The translations under genes and the position numbers were made by a program. From positions 36,084,001-36,148,000 of the forward strand of contig OZ024758.1 in NCBI GenBank assembly GCA_964016885.1: a stretch of DNA of 64,000 bases. Direction: 5' to 3'. Below, in pieces: positions 13,428 to 28,400 of this stretch. Each line of letters begins with the position of its first letter. Positions within the stretch are counted from its first letter, which is position 1. Origin of the DNA: Eledone cirrhosa. Its lineage: Eukaryota. The notes beneath the pieces are model-generated. The model ran no database searches. It saw only the letters and a program-made list of their open reading frames with translations, and was not told the origin of the DNA.

Positions 13428-16400
13428 ATGGTATTAGCTGTCAGAAGTAACTCCAATGTTGGTGAGAATTCATTTAAGTTCATGGTATTAGCTGTCAGAA
13501 GTCACTCCACTGTTGGTGAGAATTCATTTAAGTTCATGGTACTAGCTGTCAGAAGTAACCCCAATGTTGGTGAGAATTCATTTAAGTTCATGGTACTAGC
13601 TGTCAGAAGTAACTCCACTGTTGGTGAGAATTCATTTAAGTTCATGGTATTAGCTGTCAGAAGTCACTCCAATGTTGGTGAGAATTCATTTAAGTTCATG
13701 GTATTAGCTGTCAGAAGTCACTCCACTGTTGGTGAGAATTCATTTAAGTTCATGGTACTAGCTGTCAGAAGTAACCCCAATGTTGTTGAGAATTCATTTA
13801 AGTTCATGGTATTAGCTGTCAGAAGTCACTCCAATGTTGGTGAGAATTCATTTAAGTTCATGGTATTAGCTGTCAGAAGTAACTCCACTGTTGGTGAGAA
13901 TTCATTTAAGTTCATGGTATTAGCTGTCAGAAGTAACTCCACTGTTGGTGAGAATTCATTTAAGTTCATGGTATTAGCTGTCAGAAGTAACTCCACTGTT
14001 GGTGAGAATTCATTTAAGTTCATGGTATTAGCTGTCAGAAGTAACTCCACTGTTGGTGAGAATTCATTTAAGTCATGGTATTAGCTGTCAGAAGTAACTC
14101 CAATGTTGGTGAGAATTCATTTAAGTTCATGGTATTAGCTGTCAGAAGTCACTCCACTGTTGGTGAGAATTCATTTAAGTTCATGGTACTAGCTGTCAGA
14201 AGTAACCCCAATGTTGGTGAGAATTCATTTAAGTTCATGGTATTAGCTGTCAGAAGTCACTCCAATGTTGGTGAGAATTCATTTAAGTTCATGGTATTAG
14301 CTGTCAGAAGTAACTCCACTGTTGGTGAGAATTCATTTAAGTTCATGGTATTAGCTGTCAGAAGTAACTCCACTGTTGGTGAGAATTCATTTAAGTTCAT
14401 GGTATTAGCTGTCAGAAGTAACTCCACTGTTGGTGAGAATTCATTTAAGTTCATGGTATTAGCTGTCAGAAGGAACTCCAATGTTGGTGAGAATTCATTT
14501 AAGTCATGGTACTAGCTGTCAGAAGTAACTCCACTGTTGGTGAGAATTCATTTAAGTTCATGGTATTAGCTGTCAGAAGGAACGCCACTGTTGGTGAGAA
14601 TTCATTTAAATTCATGGTATTAGCTGTCAGAAGTAACTCCACTGTTGGTGAGAATTCATTTAAGTTCATGGTACTAGCTGTCAGAAGTAACTCCAATGTT
14701 GGTGAGAATTCATTTAAGCTCATGGTATTAGCTGTCAGAAGTAACTCCACTGTTGGCGAGAATTCATTTAAGTTCATGGTATTAGCTGTCAGAAGTCACT
14801 CCAATGTTGATGAGAATTCATTTGAGTCATGGTACTAGCTGTCAGAAGTAACTCCACTGTTGGTGAGAATTCATTTAAGTTCATTGTATTAGCTGTCAGA
14901 AGGAACGCCACTGTTGGTGAGAATTCATTTAAGTTCATGGTATTAGCTGTCAGAAGTAACTCCACTGTTGGTGAGAATTCATTTAAGTTCATGGTACTAG
15001 CTGTCAGAAGTAACTCCAATGTTGGTGAGAATTCATTTAAGTTCATGGTATTAGCTGTCAGAAGGAACTCCACTGTTGCTGAGAATTCATTTAAGTTCAT
15101 GGTATTAGCTGTCAGAAGTAACTCCACTGTTGGTAAGAATTCATTTAAGTTCATGGTACTAGCTGTCAGAAGTCACTCCACTGTTGGTGAGAATACATTT
15201 AAGTTCATGGTACTAGCTGTCAGAAGTAACCCCAATGTTGGTGAGAATTCATTTAAGTTCATGGTATTAGCTGTCAGAAGTAACTCCACTGTTGGTGAGA
15301 ATTCATTTAAGTTCATGGTACTAGCTGTCAGAAGTAACTCCAATGTTGGTGAGAATTCATTTAAGTTCATGGTATTAGCTGTCAGAAGGAACTCCACTGT
15401 TGCTGAGAATTCATTTAAGTTCATGGTATTAGCTGTCAGAAGTAACTCCACTGTTGGTGAGAATTCATTTAAGTTCATGGTACTAGCTGTCAGAAGTCAC
15501 TCCACTGTTGGTGAGAATACATTTAAGTTCATGGTACTAGCTGTCAGAAGTAACCCCAATGTTGGTGAGAATTCATTTAAGTTCATGGTATTAGCTGTCA
15601 GAAGTCACTCCAATGTTGGTGAGAATTCATTTAAGTTCATGGTATTAGCTGTCAGAAGTAACTCCACTGTTGGTGAGAATTCATTTAAGTTCATGGTATT
15701 AGCTGTCAGAAGGAACGCCACTGTTGGTGAGAATTCATTTAAGTTCATGGTATTAGCTGTCAGAAGTAACTCCACTGTTGGTGAGAATTCATTTAAGTTC
15801 ATGGTACTAGCTGTCAGAAGTAACTCCACTGTTGGTGAGAATTCATTTAAGTTCATGGTATTAGCTGTCAGAAGTCACTCCAATGTTGGTGAGAATTCAT
15901 TTAAGTTCATGGTATTAGCTGTCAGAAGTCACTCCACTGTTGGTGAGAATTCATTTAAGTTCATGGTACTAGCTGTCAGAAGTAACCCCAATGTTGGTGA
16001 GAATTCATTTAAGTTCATGGTATTAGCTGTCAGAAGTCACTCCAATGTTGGTGAGAATTCATTTAAGTTCATGGTATTAGCTGTCAGAAGTAACTCCACT
16101 GTTGGTGAGAATTCATTTAAGTTCATGGTATTAGCTGTCAGAAGTAACTCCACTGTTGGTGAGAATTCATTTAAGTTCATGGTATTAGCTGTCAGAAGTA
16201 ACTCCACTGTTGGTGAGAATTCATTTAAGTCATGGTATTAGCTGTCAGAAGTAACTCCAATGTTGGTGAGAATTCATTTAAGTTCATGGTATTAGCTGTC
16301 AGAAGTCACTCCACTGTTGGTGAGAATTCATTTAAGTTCATGGTACTAGCTGTCAGATGTAACCCCAATGTTGGTGAGAATTCATTTAAGGTCATGGTAT

Positions 16401-18064
16401 TAGCTGTCAGAAGTCACTCCAATGTTGGTGAGAATTCATTTAAGTTCATGGTATTAGCTGTCAGAAGTAACTCCACTGTTGGTGATAATTCATTTAAGTT
16501 CATGGTATTAGCTGTCAGAAGTAACTCCACTGTTGGTGAGAATTCATTTAAGTTCATGGCATTAGCTGTCAGAAGTAACTCCACTGTTGGTGAGAATTCA
16601 TTTAAGTTCATGGTATTAGCTGTCAGAAGGAACTCCAATGTTGGTGAGAATTCATTTAAGTCATGGTACTAGCTGTCAGAAGTAACTCCACTGTTGGTGA
16701 GAATTCATTTAAGTTCATGGTATTAGCTGTCAGAAGGAACGCCACTGTTGGTGAGAATTCATTTAAATTCATGGTATTAGCTGTCAGAAGTAACTCCACT
16801 GTTGGTGAGAATTCATTTAAGTTCATGGTACTAGCTGTCAGAAGTAACTCCAATGTTGGTGAGAATTCATTTAAGTTCATGGTATTAGCTGTCAGAAGTA
16901 ACTCCACTGTTGGTGAGAATTCATTTAAGTTCATGGTATTAGCTGTCAGAAGTCACTCCAATGTTGGTGAGAATTCATTTAAGTCATGGTACTAGCTGTC
17001 AGAAGTAACTCCACTGTTGGTGAGAATTCATTTAAGCTCATTGTATTAGCTGTCAGAAGGAACGCCACTGTTGGTGAGAATTCATTTAAGTTCATGGTAT
17101 TAGCTGTCAGAAGTAACTCCACTGTTGGTGAGAATTCATTTAAGTTCATGGTACTAGCTGTCAGAAGTAACTCCAATGTTGGTGAGAATTCATTTAAGTT
17201 CATGGTATTAGCTGTCAGAAGGAACTCCACTGTTGCTGAGAATTCATTTAAGTTCATGGTATTAGCTGTCAGAAGTAACTCCACTGTTGGTGAGAATTCA
17301 TTTAAGTTCATGGTACTAGCTGTCAGAAGTCACTCCACTGTTGGTGAGAATACATTTAAGTTCATGGTACTAGCTGTCAGAAGTAACCCCAATGTTGGTG
17401 AGAATTCATTTAAGTTCATGGTATTAGCTGTCAGAAGTCACTCCAATGTTGGTGAGAATTCATTTAAGTTCATGGTATTAGCTGTCAGAAGTAACTCCAC
17501 TGTTGGTAAGAATTCATTTAAGTTCATGGTATTAGCTGTCAGAAGTAACTCCACTGTTGGTGAGAATTCATTTAAGTTCATGGTACTAGCTGTCAGAAGT
17601 AACTCCACTGTTGGTGAGAATTCATTTAAGTTCATGGTATTAGCTGTCAGAAGTCACTCCAATGTTGGTGAGAATTCATTTAAGTTCATGGTATTAGCTG
17701 TCAGAAGTCACTCCACTGTTGGTAAGAATTCATTTAAGTCATGGTATTAGCTGTCAGAAGTAACTCCAATGTTGGTGAGAATTCATTTAAGTTCATGGTA
17801 TTAGCTGTCAGAAGTCACTCCACTGTTGGTGAGAATTCATTTAAGTTCATGGTACTAGCTGTCAGAAGTAACCCCAATGTTGGTGAGAATTCATTTAAGT
17901 TCATGGTATTAACTGTCAGAAGTCACTCCAATGTTGGTGAGAATTCATTTAAGTTCATGGTATTAGCTGTCAGAAGTAACTCCACTGTTGGTGAGAATTC
18001 ATTTAAGTTCATGGTATTAGCTGTCAGAAGTAACTCCACTGTTGGTGAGAATTCATTTAAGTTC
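13428..18064. repeat. Segment duplicated at +12,024 bp (copy 1; copy 2 at 25452-30088)
   Basis: ORF starts 13428/14075/14506/14829/16232/16663/16986/17741 map to 25452/26099/26530/26853/28256/28687/29010/29765, all exactly +12024. Both copies carry the private variant GTTGATGAG (near 14810 and 26834). Confidence 0.85.
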
Positions 18065-21000
18065 ATGGTACTAGCTGTCAGAAGTAACCCCAATGTTGGT
18101 GAGAATTCATTTAAGTTCATGGTATTAACTGTCAGAAGTCACTCCAATGTTGGTGAGAATTCATTTAAGTTCATGGTATTAGCTGTCAGAAGTAACTCCA
18201 CTGTTGGTGAGAATTCATTTAAGTTCATGGTATTAGCTGTCAGAAGTAACTCCACTGTTGGTGAGAATTCATTTAAGTTCATGGTATTAGCTGTCAGAAG
18301 TAACTCCACTGTTGGTGAGAATTCATTTAAGTTCATGGTATTAGCTGTCAGAAGTAACTCCACTGTTGGTGAGAATTTATTTAGGTTCATGGTATTAGCT
18401 GTCAGAAGGAACGCCACTGTTGGTGAGAATTCATTTAAGTTCATGGTACTAGCTGTCAGAAGTCACTCCACTGTTGGTGAGAATACATTTAAGTTCATGG
18501 TACTAGCTGTCAGAAGTAACCCCAATGTTGGTGAGAATTCATTTAAGTTCATGGTATTAGCTGTCAGAAGTCACTCCAATGTTGGTGAGAATTCATTTAA
18601 GTTCATGGTATTAGCTGTCAGAAGTAACTCCACTGTTGGTGAGAATTCATTTAAGTTCATGGTATTAGCTGTCAGAAGGAACGCCACTGTTGGTGAGAAT
18701 TCATTTAAGTTCATGGTATTAGCTGTCAGAAGTAACTCCACTGTTGGTGAGAATTCATTTAAGTTCATGGTACTAGCTGTCAGAAGTAACTCCACTGTTG
18801 GTGAGAATTCATTTAAGTTCATGGTATTAGCTGTCAGAAGTCACTCCAATGTTGGTGAGAATTCATTTAAGTTCATGGTATTAGCTGTCAGAAGTCACTC
18901 CACTGTTGGTGAGAATTCATTTAAGTTCATGGTACTAGCTGTCAGAAGTAACCCCAATGTTGGTGAGAATTCATTTAAGTTCATGGTATTAGCTGTCAGA
19001 AGTCACTCCAATGTTGGTGAGAATTCATTTAAGTTCATGGTATTAGCTGTCAGAAGTAACTCCACTGTTGGTGAGAATTCATTTAAGTTCATGGTATTAG
19101 CTGTCAGAAGTAACTCCACTGTTGGTGAGAATTCATTTAAGTTCATGGTATTAGCTGTCAGAAGTAACTCCACTGTTGGTGAGAATTCATTTAAGTCATG
19201 GTATTAGCTGTCAGAAGTAACTCCAATGTTGGTGAGAATTCATTTAAGTTCATGGTATTAGCTGTCAGAAGTCACTCCACTGTTGGTGAGAATTCATTTA
19301 AGTTCATGGTACTAGCTGTCAGATGTAACCCCAATGTTGGTGAGAATTCATTTAAGGTCATGGTATTAGCTGTCAGAAGTCACTCCAATGTTGGTGAGAA
19401 TTCATTTAAGTTCATGGTATTAGCTGTCAGAAGTAACTCCACTGTTGGTGAGAATTCATTTAAGTTCATGGTATTAGCTGTCAGAAGTAACTCCACTGTT
19501 GGTGAGAATTCATTTAAGTTCATGGTATTAGCTGTCAGAAGTAACTCCACTGTTGGTGAGAATTCATTTAAGTTCATGGTATTAGCTGTCAGAAGGAACT
19601 CCAATGTTGGTGAGAATTCATTTAAGTCATGGTACTAGCTGTCAGAAGTAACTCCACTGTTGGTGAGAATTCATTTAAGTTCATGGTATTAGCTGTCAGA
19701 AGGAACGCCACTGTTGGTGAGAATTCATTTAAATTCATGGTATTAGCTGTCAGAAGTAACTCCACTGTTGGTGAGAATTCATTTAAGTTCATGGTACTAG
19801 CTGTCAGAAGTAACTCCAATGTTGGTGAGAATTCATTTAAGTTCATGGTATTAGCTGTCAGAAGTAACTCCACTGTTGGTGAGAATTCATTTAAGTTCAT
19901 GGTATTAGCTGTCAGAAGTCACTCCAATGTTGGTGAGAATTCATTTAAGTCATGGTACTAGCTGTCAGAAGTAACTCCACTGTTGGTGAGAATTCATTTA
20001 AGCTCATTGTATTAGCTGTCAGAAGGAACGCCACTGTTGGTGAGAATTCATTTAAGTTCATGGTATTAGCTGTCAGAAGTAACTCCACTGTTGGTGAGAA
20101 TTCATTTAAGTTCATGGTACTAGCTGTCAGAAGTAACTCCAATGTTGGTGAGAATTCATTTAAGTTCATGGTATTAGCTGTCAGAAGGAACTCCACTGTT
20201 GCTGAGAATTCATTTAAGTTCATGGTATTAGCTGTCAGAAGTAACTCCACTGTTGGTGAGAATTCATTTAAGTTCATGGTACTAGCTGTCAGAAGTCACT
20301 CCACTGTTGGTGAGAATACATTTAAGTTCATGGTACTAGCTGTCAGAAGTAACCCCAATGTTGGTGAGAATTCATTTAAGTTCATGGTATTAGCTGTCAG
20401 AAGTCACTCCACTGTTGGTGAGAATTCATTTAAGTTCATGGTACTAGCTGTCAGAAGTAACCCCAATGTTGGTGAGAATTCATTTAAGTTCATGGTATTA
20501 GCTGTCAGAAGTCACTCCAATGTTGGTGAGAATTCATTTAAGTTCATGGTATTAGCTGTCAGAAGTAACTCCACTGTTGGTGAGAATTCATTTAAGTTCA
20601 TGGTATTAGCTGTCAGAAGTAACTCCACTGTTGGTGAGAATTCATTTAAGTTCATGGTATTAGCTGTCAGAAGTAACTCCACTGTTGGTGAGAATTCATT
20701 TAAGTCATGGTATTAGCTGTCAGAAGTAACTCCAATGTTGGTGAGAATTCATTTAAGTTCATGGTATTAGCTGTCAGAAGTCACTCCACTGTTGGTGAGA
20801 ATTCATTTAAGTTCATGGTACTAGCTGTCAGATGTAACCCCAATGTTGGTGAGAATTCATTTAAGGTCATGGTATTAGCTGTCAGAAGTCACTCCAATGT
20901 TGGTGAGAATTCATTTAAGTTCATGGTATTAGCTGTCAGAAGTAACTCCACTGTTGGTGAGAATTCATTTAAGTTCATGGTATTAGCTGTCAGAAGTAAC

Positions 21001-24000
21001 TCCACTGTTGGTGAGAATTCATTTAAGTTCATGGTATTAGCTGTCAGAAGTAACTCCACTGTTGGTGAGAATTCATTTAAGTTCATGGTATTAGCTGTCA
21101 GAAGGAACTCCAATGTTGGTGGGAATTCATTTAAGTCATGGTACTAGCTGTCAGAAGTAACTCCACTGTTGGTGAGAATTCATTTAAGTTCATGGTATTA
21201 GCTGTCAGAAGGAACGCCACTGTTGGTGAGAATTCATTTAAATTCATGGTATTAGCTGTCAGAAGTAACTCCACTGTTGGTGAGAATTCATTTAAGTTCA
21301 TGGTACTAGCTGTCAGAAGTAACTCCAATGTTGGTGAGAATTCATTTAAGTTCATGGTATTAGCTGTCAGAAGTAACTCCACTGTTGGTGAGAATTCATT
21401 TAAGTTCATGGTATTAGCTGTCAGAAGTCACTCCAATGTTGGTGAGAATTCATTTAAGTCATGGTACTAGCTGTCAGAAGTAACTCCACTGTTGGTGAGA
21501 ATTCATTTAAGCTCATTGTATTAGCTGTCAGAAGGAACGCCACTGTTGGTGAGAATTCATTTAAGTTCATGGTATTAGCTGTCAGAAGTAACTCCACTGT
21601 TGGTGAGAATTCATTTAAGTTCATGGTACTAGCTGTCAGAAGTAACTCCAATGTTGGTGAGAATTCATTTAAGTTCATGGTATTAGCTGTCAGAAGGAAC
21701 TCCACTGTTGCTGAGAATTCATTTAAGTTCATGGTATTAGCTGTCAGAAGTAACTCCACTGTTGGTGAGAATTCATTTAAGTTCATGGTACTAGCTGTCA
21801 GAAGTCACTCCACTGTTGGTGAGAATACATTTAAGTTCATGGTACTAGCTGTCAGAAGTAACCCCAATGTTGGTGAGAATTCATTTAAGTTCATGGTATT
21901 AGCTGTCAGAAGTAACTCCACTGTTGGTGAGAATTCATTTAAGTTCATGGTATTAGCTGTCAGAAGGAACGCCACTGTTGGTGAGAATTCATTTAAGTTC
22001 ATGGTATTAGCTGTCAGAAGTAACTCTACTGTTGGTGAGAATTCATTTAAGTTCATGGTACTAGCTGTCAGAAGTAACTCCACTGTTGGTGAGAATTCAT
22101 TTAAGTTCATGGTATTAGCTGTCAGAAGTCACTCCAATGTTGGTGAGAATTCATTTAAGTTCATGGTATTAGCTGTCAGAAGTCACTCCACTGTTGGTGA
22201 GAATTCATTTAAGTTCATGGTACTAGCTGTCAGAAGTAACCCCAATGTTGGTGAGAATTCATTTAAGTTCATGGTATTAGCTGTCAGAAGTCACTCCAAT
22301 GTTGGTGAGAATTCATTTAAGTTCATGGTATTAGCTGTCAGAAGTAACTCCACTGTTGGTGAGAATTCATTTAAGTTCATGGTATTAGCTGTCAGAAGTA
22401 ACTCCACTGTTGGTGAGAATTCATTTAAGTTCATGGTATTAGCTGTCAGAAGTAACTCCACTGTTGGTGAGAATTCATTTAAGTCATGGTATTAGCTGTC
22501 AGAAGTAACTCCAATGTTGGTGAGAATTCATTTAAGTTCATGGTATTAGCTGTCAGAAGTCACTCCACTGTTGGTGAGAATTCATTTAAGTTCATGGTAC
22601 TAGCTGTCAGATGTAACCCCAATGTTGGTGAGAATTCATTTAAGGTCATGGTATTAGCTGTCAGAAGTCACTCCAATGTTGGTGAGAATTCATTTAAGTT
22701 CATGGTATTAGCTGTCAGAAGTAACTCCACTGTTGGTGAGAATTCATTTAAGTTCATGGTATTAGCTGTCAGAAGTAACTCCACTGTTGGTGAGAATTCA
22801 TTTAAGTTCATGGTATTAGCTGTCAGAAGTAACTCCACTGTTGGTGAGAATTCATTTAAGTTCATGGTATTAGCTGTCAGAAGGAACTCCAATGTTGGTG
22901 AGAATTCATTTAAGTCATGGTACTAGCTGTCAGAAGTAACTCCACTGTTGGTGAGAATTCATTTAAGTTCATGGTATTAGCTGTCAGAAGGAACGCCACT
23001 GTTGGTGAGAATTCATTTAAATTCATGGTATTAGCTGTCAGAAGTAACTCCACTGTTGGTGAGAATTCATTTAAGTTCATGGTACTAGCTGTCAGAAGTA
23101 ACTCCAATGTTGGTGAGAATTCATTTAAGTTCATGGTATTAGCTGTCAGAAGTAACTCCACTGTTGGTGAGAATTCATTTAAGTTCATGGTATTAGCTGT
23201 CAGAAGTCACTCCAATGTTGGTGAGAATTCATTTAAGTCATGGTACTAGCTGTCAGAAGTAACTCCACTGTTGGTGAGAATTCATTTAAGCTCATTGTAT
23301 TAGCTGTCAGAAGGAACGCCACTGTTGGTGAGAATTCATTTAAGTTCATGGTATTAGCTGTCAGAAGTAACTCCACTGTTGGTGAGAATTCATTTAAGTT
23401 CATGGTACTAGCTGTCAGAAGTAACTCCAATGTTGGTGAGAATTCATTTAAGTTCATGGTATTAGCTGTCAGAAGGAACTCCACTGTTGCTGAGAATTCA
23501 TTTAAGTTCATGGTATTAGCTGTCAGAAGTAACTCCACTGTTGGTGAGAATTCATTTAAGTTCATGGTACTAGCTGTCAGAAGTCACTCCACTGTTGGTG
23601 AGAATACATTTAAGTTCATGGTACTAGCTGTCAGAAGTAACCCCAATGTTGGTGAGAATTCATTTAAGTTCATGGTATTAGCTGTCAGAAGTCACTCCAA
23701 TGTTGGTGAGAATTCATTTAAGTTCATGGTATTAGCTGTCAGAAGTAACTCCACTGTTGGTAAGAATTCATTTAAGTTCATGGTATTAGCTGTCAGAAGT
23801 AACTCCACTGTTGGTGAGAACTCATTTAAGTTCATGGTACTAGCTGTCAGAAGTAACTCCACTGTTGGTGAGAATTCATTTAAGTTCATGGTATTAGCTG
23901 TCAGAAGTCACTCCAATGTTGGTGAGAATTCATTTAAGTTCATGGTATTAGCTGTCAGAAGTCACTCCACTGTTGGTGAGAATTCATTTAAGTCATGGTA

Positions 24001-25451
24001 TTAGCTGTCAGAAGTAACTCCAATGTTGGTGAGAATTCATTTAAGTTCATGGTATTAGCTGTCAGAAGTCACTCCACTGTTGGTGAGAATTCATTTAAGT
24101 TCATGGTACTAGCTGTCAGAAGTAACCCCAATGTTGGTGAGAATTCATTTAAGTTCATGGTATTAACTGTCAGAAGTCACTCCAATGTTGGTGAGAATTC
24201 ATTTAAGTTCATGGTATTAGCTGTCAGAAGTAACTCCACTGTTGGTGAGAATTCATTTAAGTTCATGGTATTAGCTGTCAGAAGTAACTCCACTGTTGGT
24301 GAGAATTCATTTAAGTTCATGGTACTAGCTGTCAGAAGTAACCCCAATGTTGGTGAGAATTCATTTAAGTTCATGGTATTAACTGTCAGAAGTCACTCCA
24401 ATGTTGGTGAGAATTCATTTAAGTTCATGGTATTAGCTGTCAGAAGTAACTCCACTGTTGGTGAGAATTCATTTAAGTTCATGGTATTAGCTGTCAGAAG
24501 TAACTCCACTGTTGGTGAGAATTCATTTAAGTTCATGGTATTAGCTGTCAGAAGTAACTCCACTGTTGGTGAGAATTCATTTAAGTTCATGGTATTAGCT
24601 GTCAGAAGTAACTCCACTGTTGGTGAGAATTCATTTAAGTTCATGGTATTAGCTGTCAGAAGGAACGCCACTGTTGGTGAGAATTCATTTAAATTCATGG
24701 TATTAGCTGTCAGAAGTAACTCCACTGTTGGTGAGAATTCATTTAAGTTCATGGTACTAGCTGTCAGAAGTAACTCCAATGTTGGTGAGAATTCATTTAA
24801 GTTCATGGTATTAGCTGTCAGAAGGAATTCCACTGTTGCTGAGAATTCATTTAAGTTCATGGTATTAGCTGTCAGAAGTAACTCCACTGTTGGTGAGAAT
24901 TCATTTAAGTTCATGGTACTAGCTGTCAGAAGTAACTCCACTGTTGGTGAGAATTCATTTAAGTTCATGGTATTAGCTGTCAGAAGTCACTCCAATGTTG
25001 GTGAGAATTCATTTAAGTTCATGGTATTAGCTGTCAGAAGTCACTCCACTGTTGGTGAGAATTCATTTAAGTTCATGGTACTAGCTGTCAGAAGTAACCC
25101 CAATGTTGGTGAGAATTCATTTAAGTTCATGGTATTAGCTGTCAGAAGTCACTCCAATGTTGGTGAGAATTCATTTAAGTTCATGGTATTAGCTGTCAGA
25201 AGTAACTCCACTGTTGGTGAGAATTCATTTAAGTTCATGGTATTAGTTTGTCAGAAGTAACTCCACTGTTGGTGAGAATTCATTTAAGTCATGGTATTAG
25301 TTGTCAGAAGTAACCCCAATGTTGGTGAGAATTCATTTAAGTTCATGGTATTAGCTGTCAGAAGTAACTCCACTGTTGGTGAGAATTCATTTAAGTTCAT
25401 GGTACTAGCTGTCAGAAGTAACTCCAATGTTGGTGAGAATTCATTTAAGTC

Positions 25452-28400
25452 ATGGTATTAGCTGTCAGAAGTAACTCCAATGTTGGTGAGAATTCATTTA
25501 AGTTCATGGTATTAGCTGTCAGAAGTCACTCCACTGTTGGTGAGAATTCATTTAAGTTCATGGTACTAGCTGTCAGAAGTAACCCCAATGTTGGTGAGAA
25601 TTCATTTAAGTTCATGGTACTAGCTGTCAGAAGTAACTCCACTGTTGGTGAGAATTCATTTAAGTTCATGGTATTAGCTGTCAGAAGTCACTCCAATGTT
25701 GGTGAGAATTCATTTAAGTTCATGGTATTAGCTGTCAGAAGTCACTCCACTGTTGGTGAGAATTCATTTAAGTTCATGGTACTAGCTGTCAGAAGTAACC
25801 CCAATGTTGTTGAGAATTCATTTAAGTTCATGGTATTAGCTGTCAGAAGTCACTCCAATGTTGGTGAGAATTCATTTAAGTTCATGGTATTAGCTGTCAG
25901 AAGTAACTCCACTGTTGGTGAGAATTCATTTAAGTTCATGGTATTAGCTGTCAGAAGTAACTCCACTGTTGGTGAGAATTCATTTAAGTTCATGGTATTA
26001 GCTGTCAGAAGTAACTCCACTGTTGGTGAGAATTCATTTAAGTTCATGGTATTAGCTGTCAGAAGTAACTCCACTGTTGGTGAGAATTCATTTAAGTCAT
26101 GGTATTAGCTGTCAGAAGTAACTCCAATGTTGGTGAGAATTCATTTAAGTTCATGGTATTAGTTGTCAGAAGTCACTCCACTGTTGGTGAGAATTCATTT
26201 AAGTTCATGGTACTAGCTGTCAGAAGTAACCCCAATGTTGGTGAGAATTCATTTAAGTTCATGGTATTAGCTGTCAGAAGTCACTCCAATGTTGGTGAGA
26301 ATTCATTTAAGTTCATGGTATTAGCTGTCAGAAGTAACTCCACTGTTGGTGAGAATTCATTTAAGTTCATGGTATTAGCTGTCAGAAGTAACTCCACTGT
26401 TGGTGAGAATTCATTTAAGTTCATGGTATTAGCTGTCAGAAGTAACTCCACTGTTGGTGAGAATTCATTTAAGTTCATGGTATTAGCTGTCAGAAGGAAC
26501 TCCAATGTTGGTGAGAATTCATTTAAGTCATGGTACTAGCTGTCAGAAGTAACTCCACTGTTGGTGAGAATTCATTTAAGTTCATGGTATTAGCTGTCAG
26601 AAGGAACGCCACTGTTGGTGAGAATTCATTTAAATTCATGGTATTAGCTGTCAGAAGTAACTCCACTGTTGGTGAGAATTCATTTAAGTTCATGGTACTA
26701 GCTGTCAGAAGTAACTCCAATGTTGGTGAGAATTCATTTAAGCTCATGGTATTAGCTGTCAGAAGTAACTCCACTGTTGGCGAGAATTCATTTAAGTTCA
26801 TGGTATTAGCTGTCAGAAGTCACTCCAATGTTGATGAGAATTCATTTGAGTCATGGTACTAGCTGTCAGAAGTAACTCCACTGTTGGTGAGAATTCATTT
26901 AAGTTCATTGTATTAGCTGTCAGAAGGAACGCCACTGTTGGTGAGAATTCATTTAAGTTCATGGTATTAGCTGTCAGAAGTAACTCCACTGTTGGTGAGA
27001 ATTCATTTAAGTTCATGGTACTAGCTGTCAGAAGTAACTCCAATGTTGGTGAGAATTCATTTAAGTTCATGGTATTAGCTGTCAGAAGGAACTCCACTGT
27101 TGCTGAGAATTCATTTAAGTTCATGGTATTAGCTGTCAGAAGTAACTCCACTGTTGGTAAGAATTCATTTAAGTTCATGGTACTAGCTGTCAGAAGTCAC
27201 TCCACTGTTGGTGAGAATACATTTAAGTTCATGGTACTAGCTGTCAGAAGTAACCCCAATGTTGGTGAGAATTCATTTAAGTTCATGGTATTAGCTGTCA
27301 GAAGTAACTCCACTGTTGGTGAGAATTCATTTAAGTTCATGGTACTAGCTGTCAGAAGTAACTCCAATGTTGGTGAGAATTCATTTAAGTTCATGGTATT
27401 AGCTGTCAGAAGTAACTCCACTGTTGCTGAGAATTCATTTAAGTTCATGGTATTAGCTGTCAGAAGTAACTCCACTGTTGGTGAGAATTCATTTAAGTTC
27501 ATGGTACTAGCTGTCAGAAGTCACTCCACTGTTGGTGAGAATACATTTAAGTTCATGGTACTAGCTGTCAGAAGTAACCCCAATGTTGGTGAGAATTCAT
27601 TTAAGTTCATGGTATTAGCTGTCAGAAGTCACTCCAATGTTGGTGAGAATTCATTTAAGTTCATGGTATTAGCTGTCAGAAGTAACTCCACTGTTGGTGA
27701 GAATTCATTTAAGTTCATGGTATTAGCTGTCAGAAGGAACGCCACTGTTGGTGAGAATTCATTTAAGTTCATGGTATTAGCTGTCAGAAGTAACTCCACT
27801 GTTGGTGAGAATTCATTTAAGTTCATGGTACTAGCTGTCAGAAGTAACTCCACTGTTGGTGAGAATTCATTTAAGTTCATGGTATTAGCTGTCAGAAGTC
27901 ACTCCAATGTTGGTGAGAATTCATTTAAGTTCATGGTATTAGCTGTCAGAAGTCACTCCACTGTTGGTGAGAATTCATTTAAGTTCATGGTACTAGCTGT
28001 CAGAAGTAACCCCAATGTTGGTGAGAATTCATTTAAGTTCATGGTATTAGCTGTCAGAAGTCACTCCAATGTTGGTGAGAATTCATTTAAGTTCATGGTA
28101 TTAGCTGTCAGAAGTAACTCCACTGTTGGTGAGAATTCATTTAAGTTCATGGTATTAGCTGTCAGAAGTAACTCCACTGTTGGTGAGAATTCATTTAAGT
28201 TCATGGTATTAGCTGTCAGAAGTAACTCCACTGTTGGTGAGAATTCATTTAAGTCATGGTATTAGCTGTCAGAAGTAACTCCAATGTTGGTGAGAATTCA
28301 TTTAAGTTCATGGTATTAGCTGTCAGAAGTCACTCCACTGTTGGTGAGAATTCATTTAAGTTCATGGTACTAGCTGTCAGATGTAACCCCAATGTTGGTG

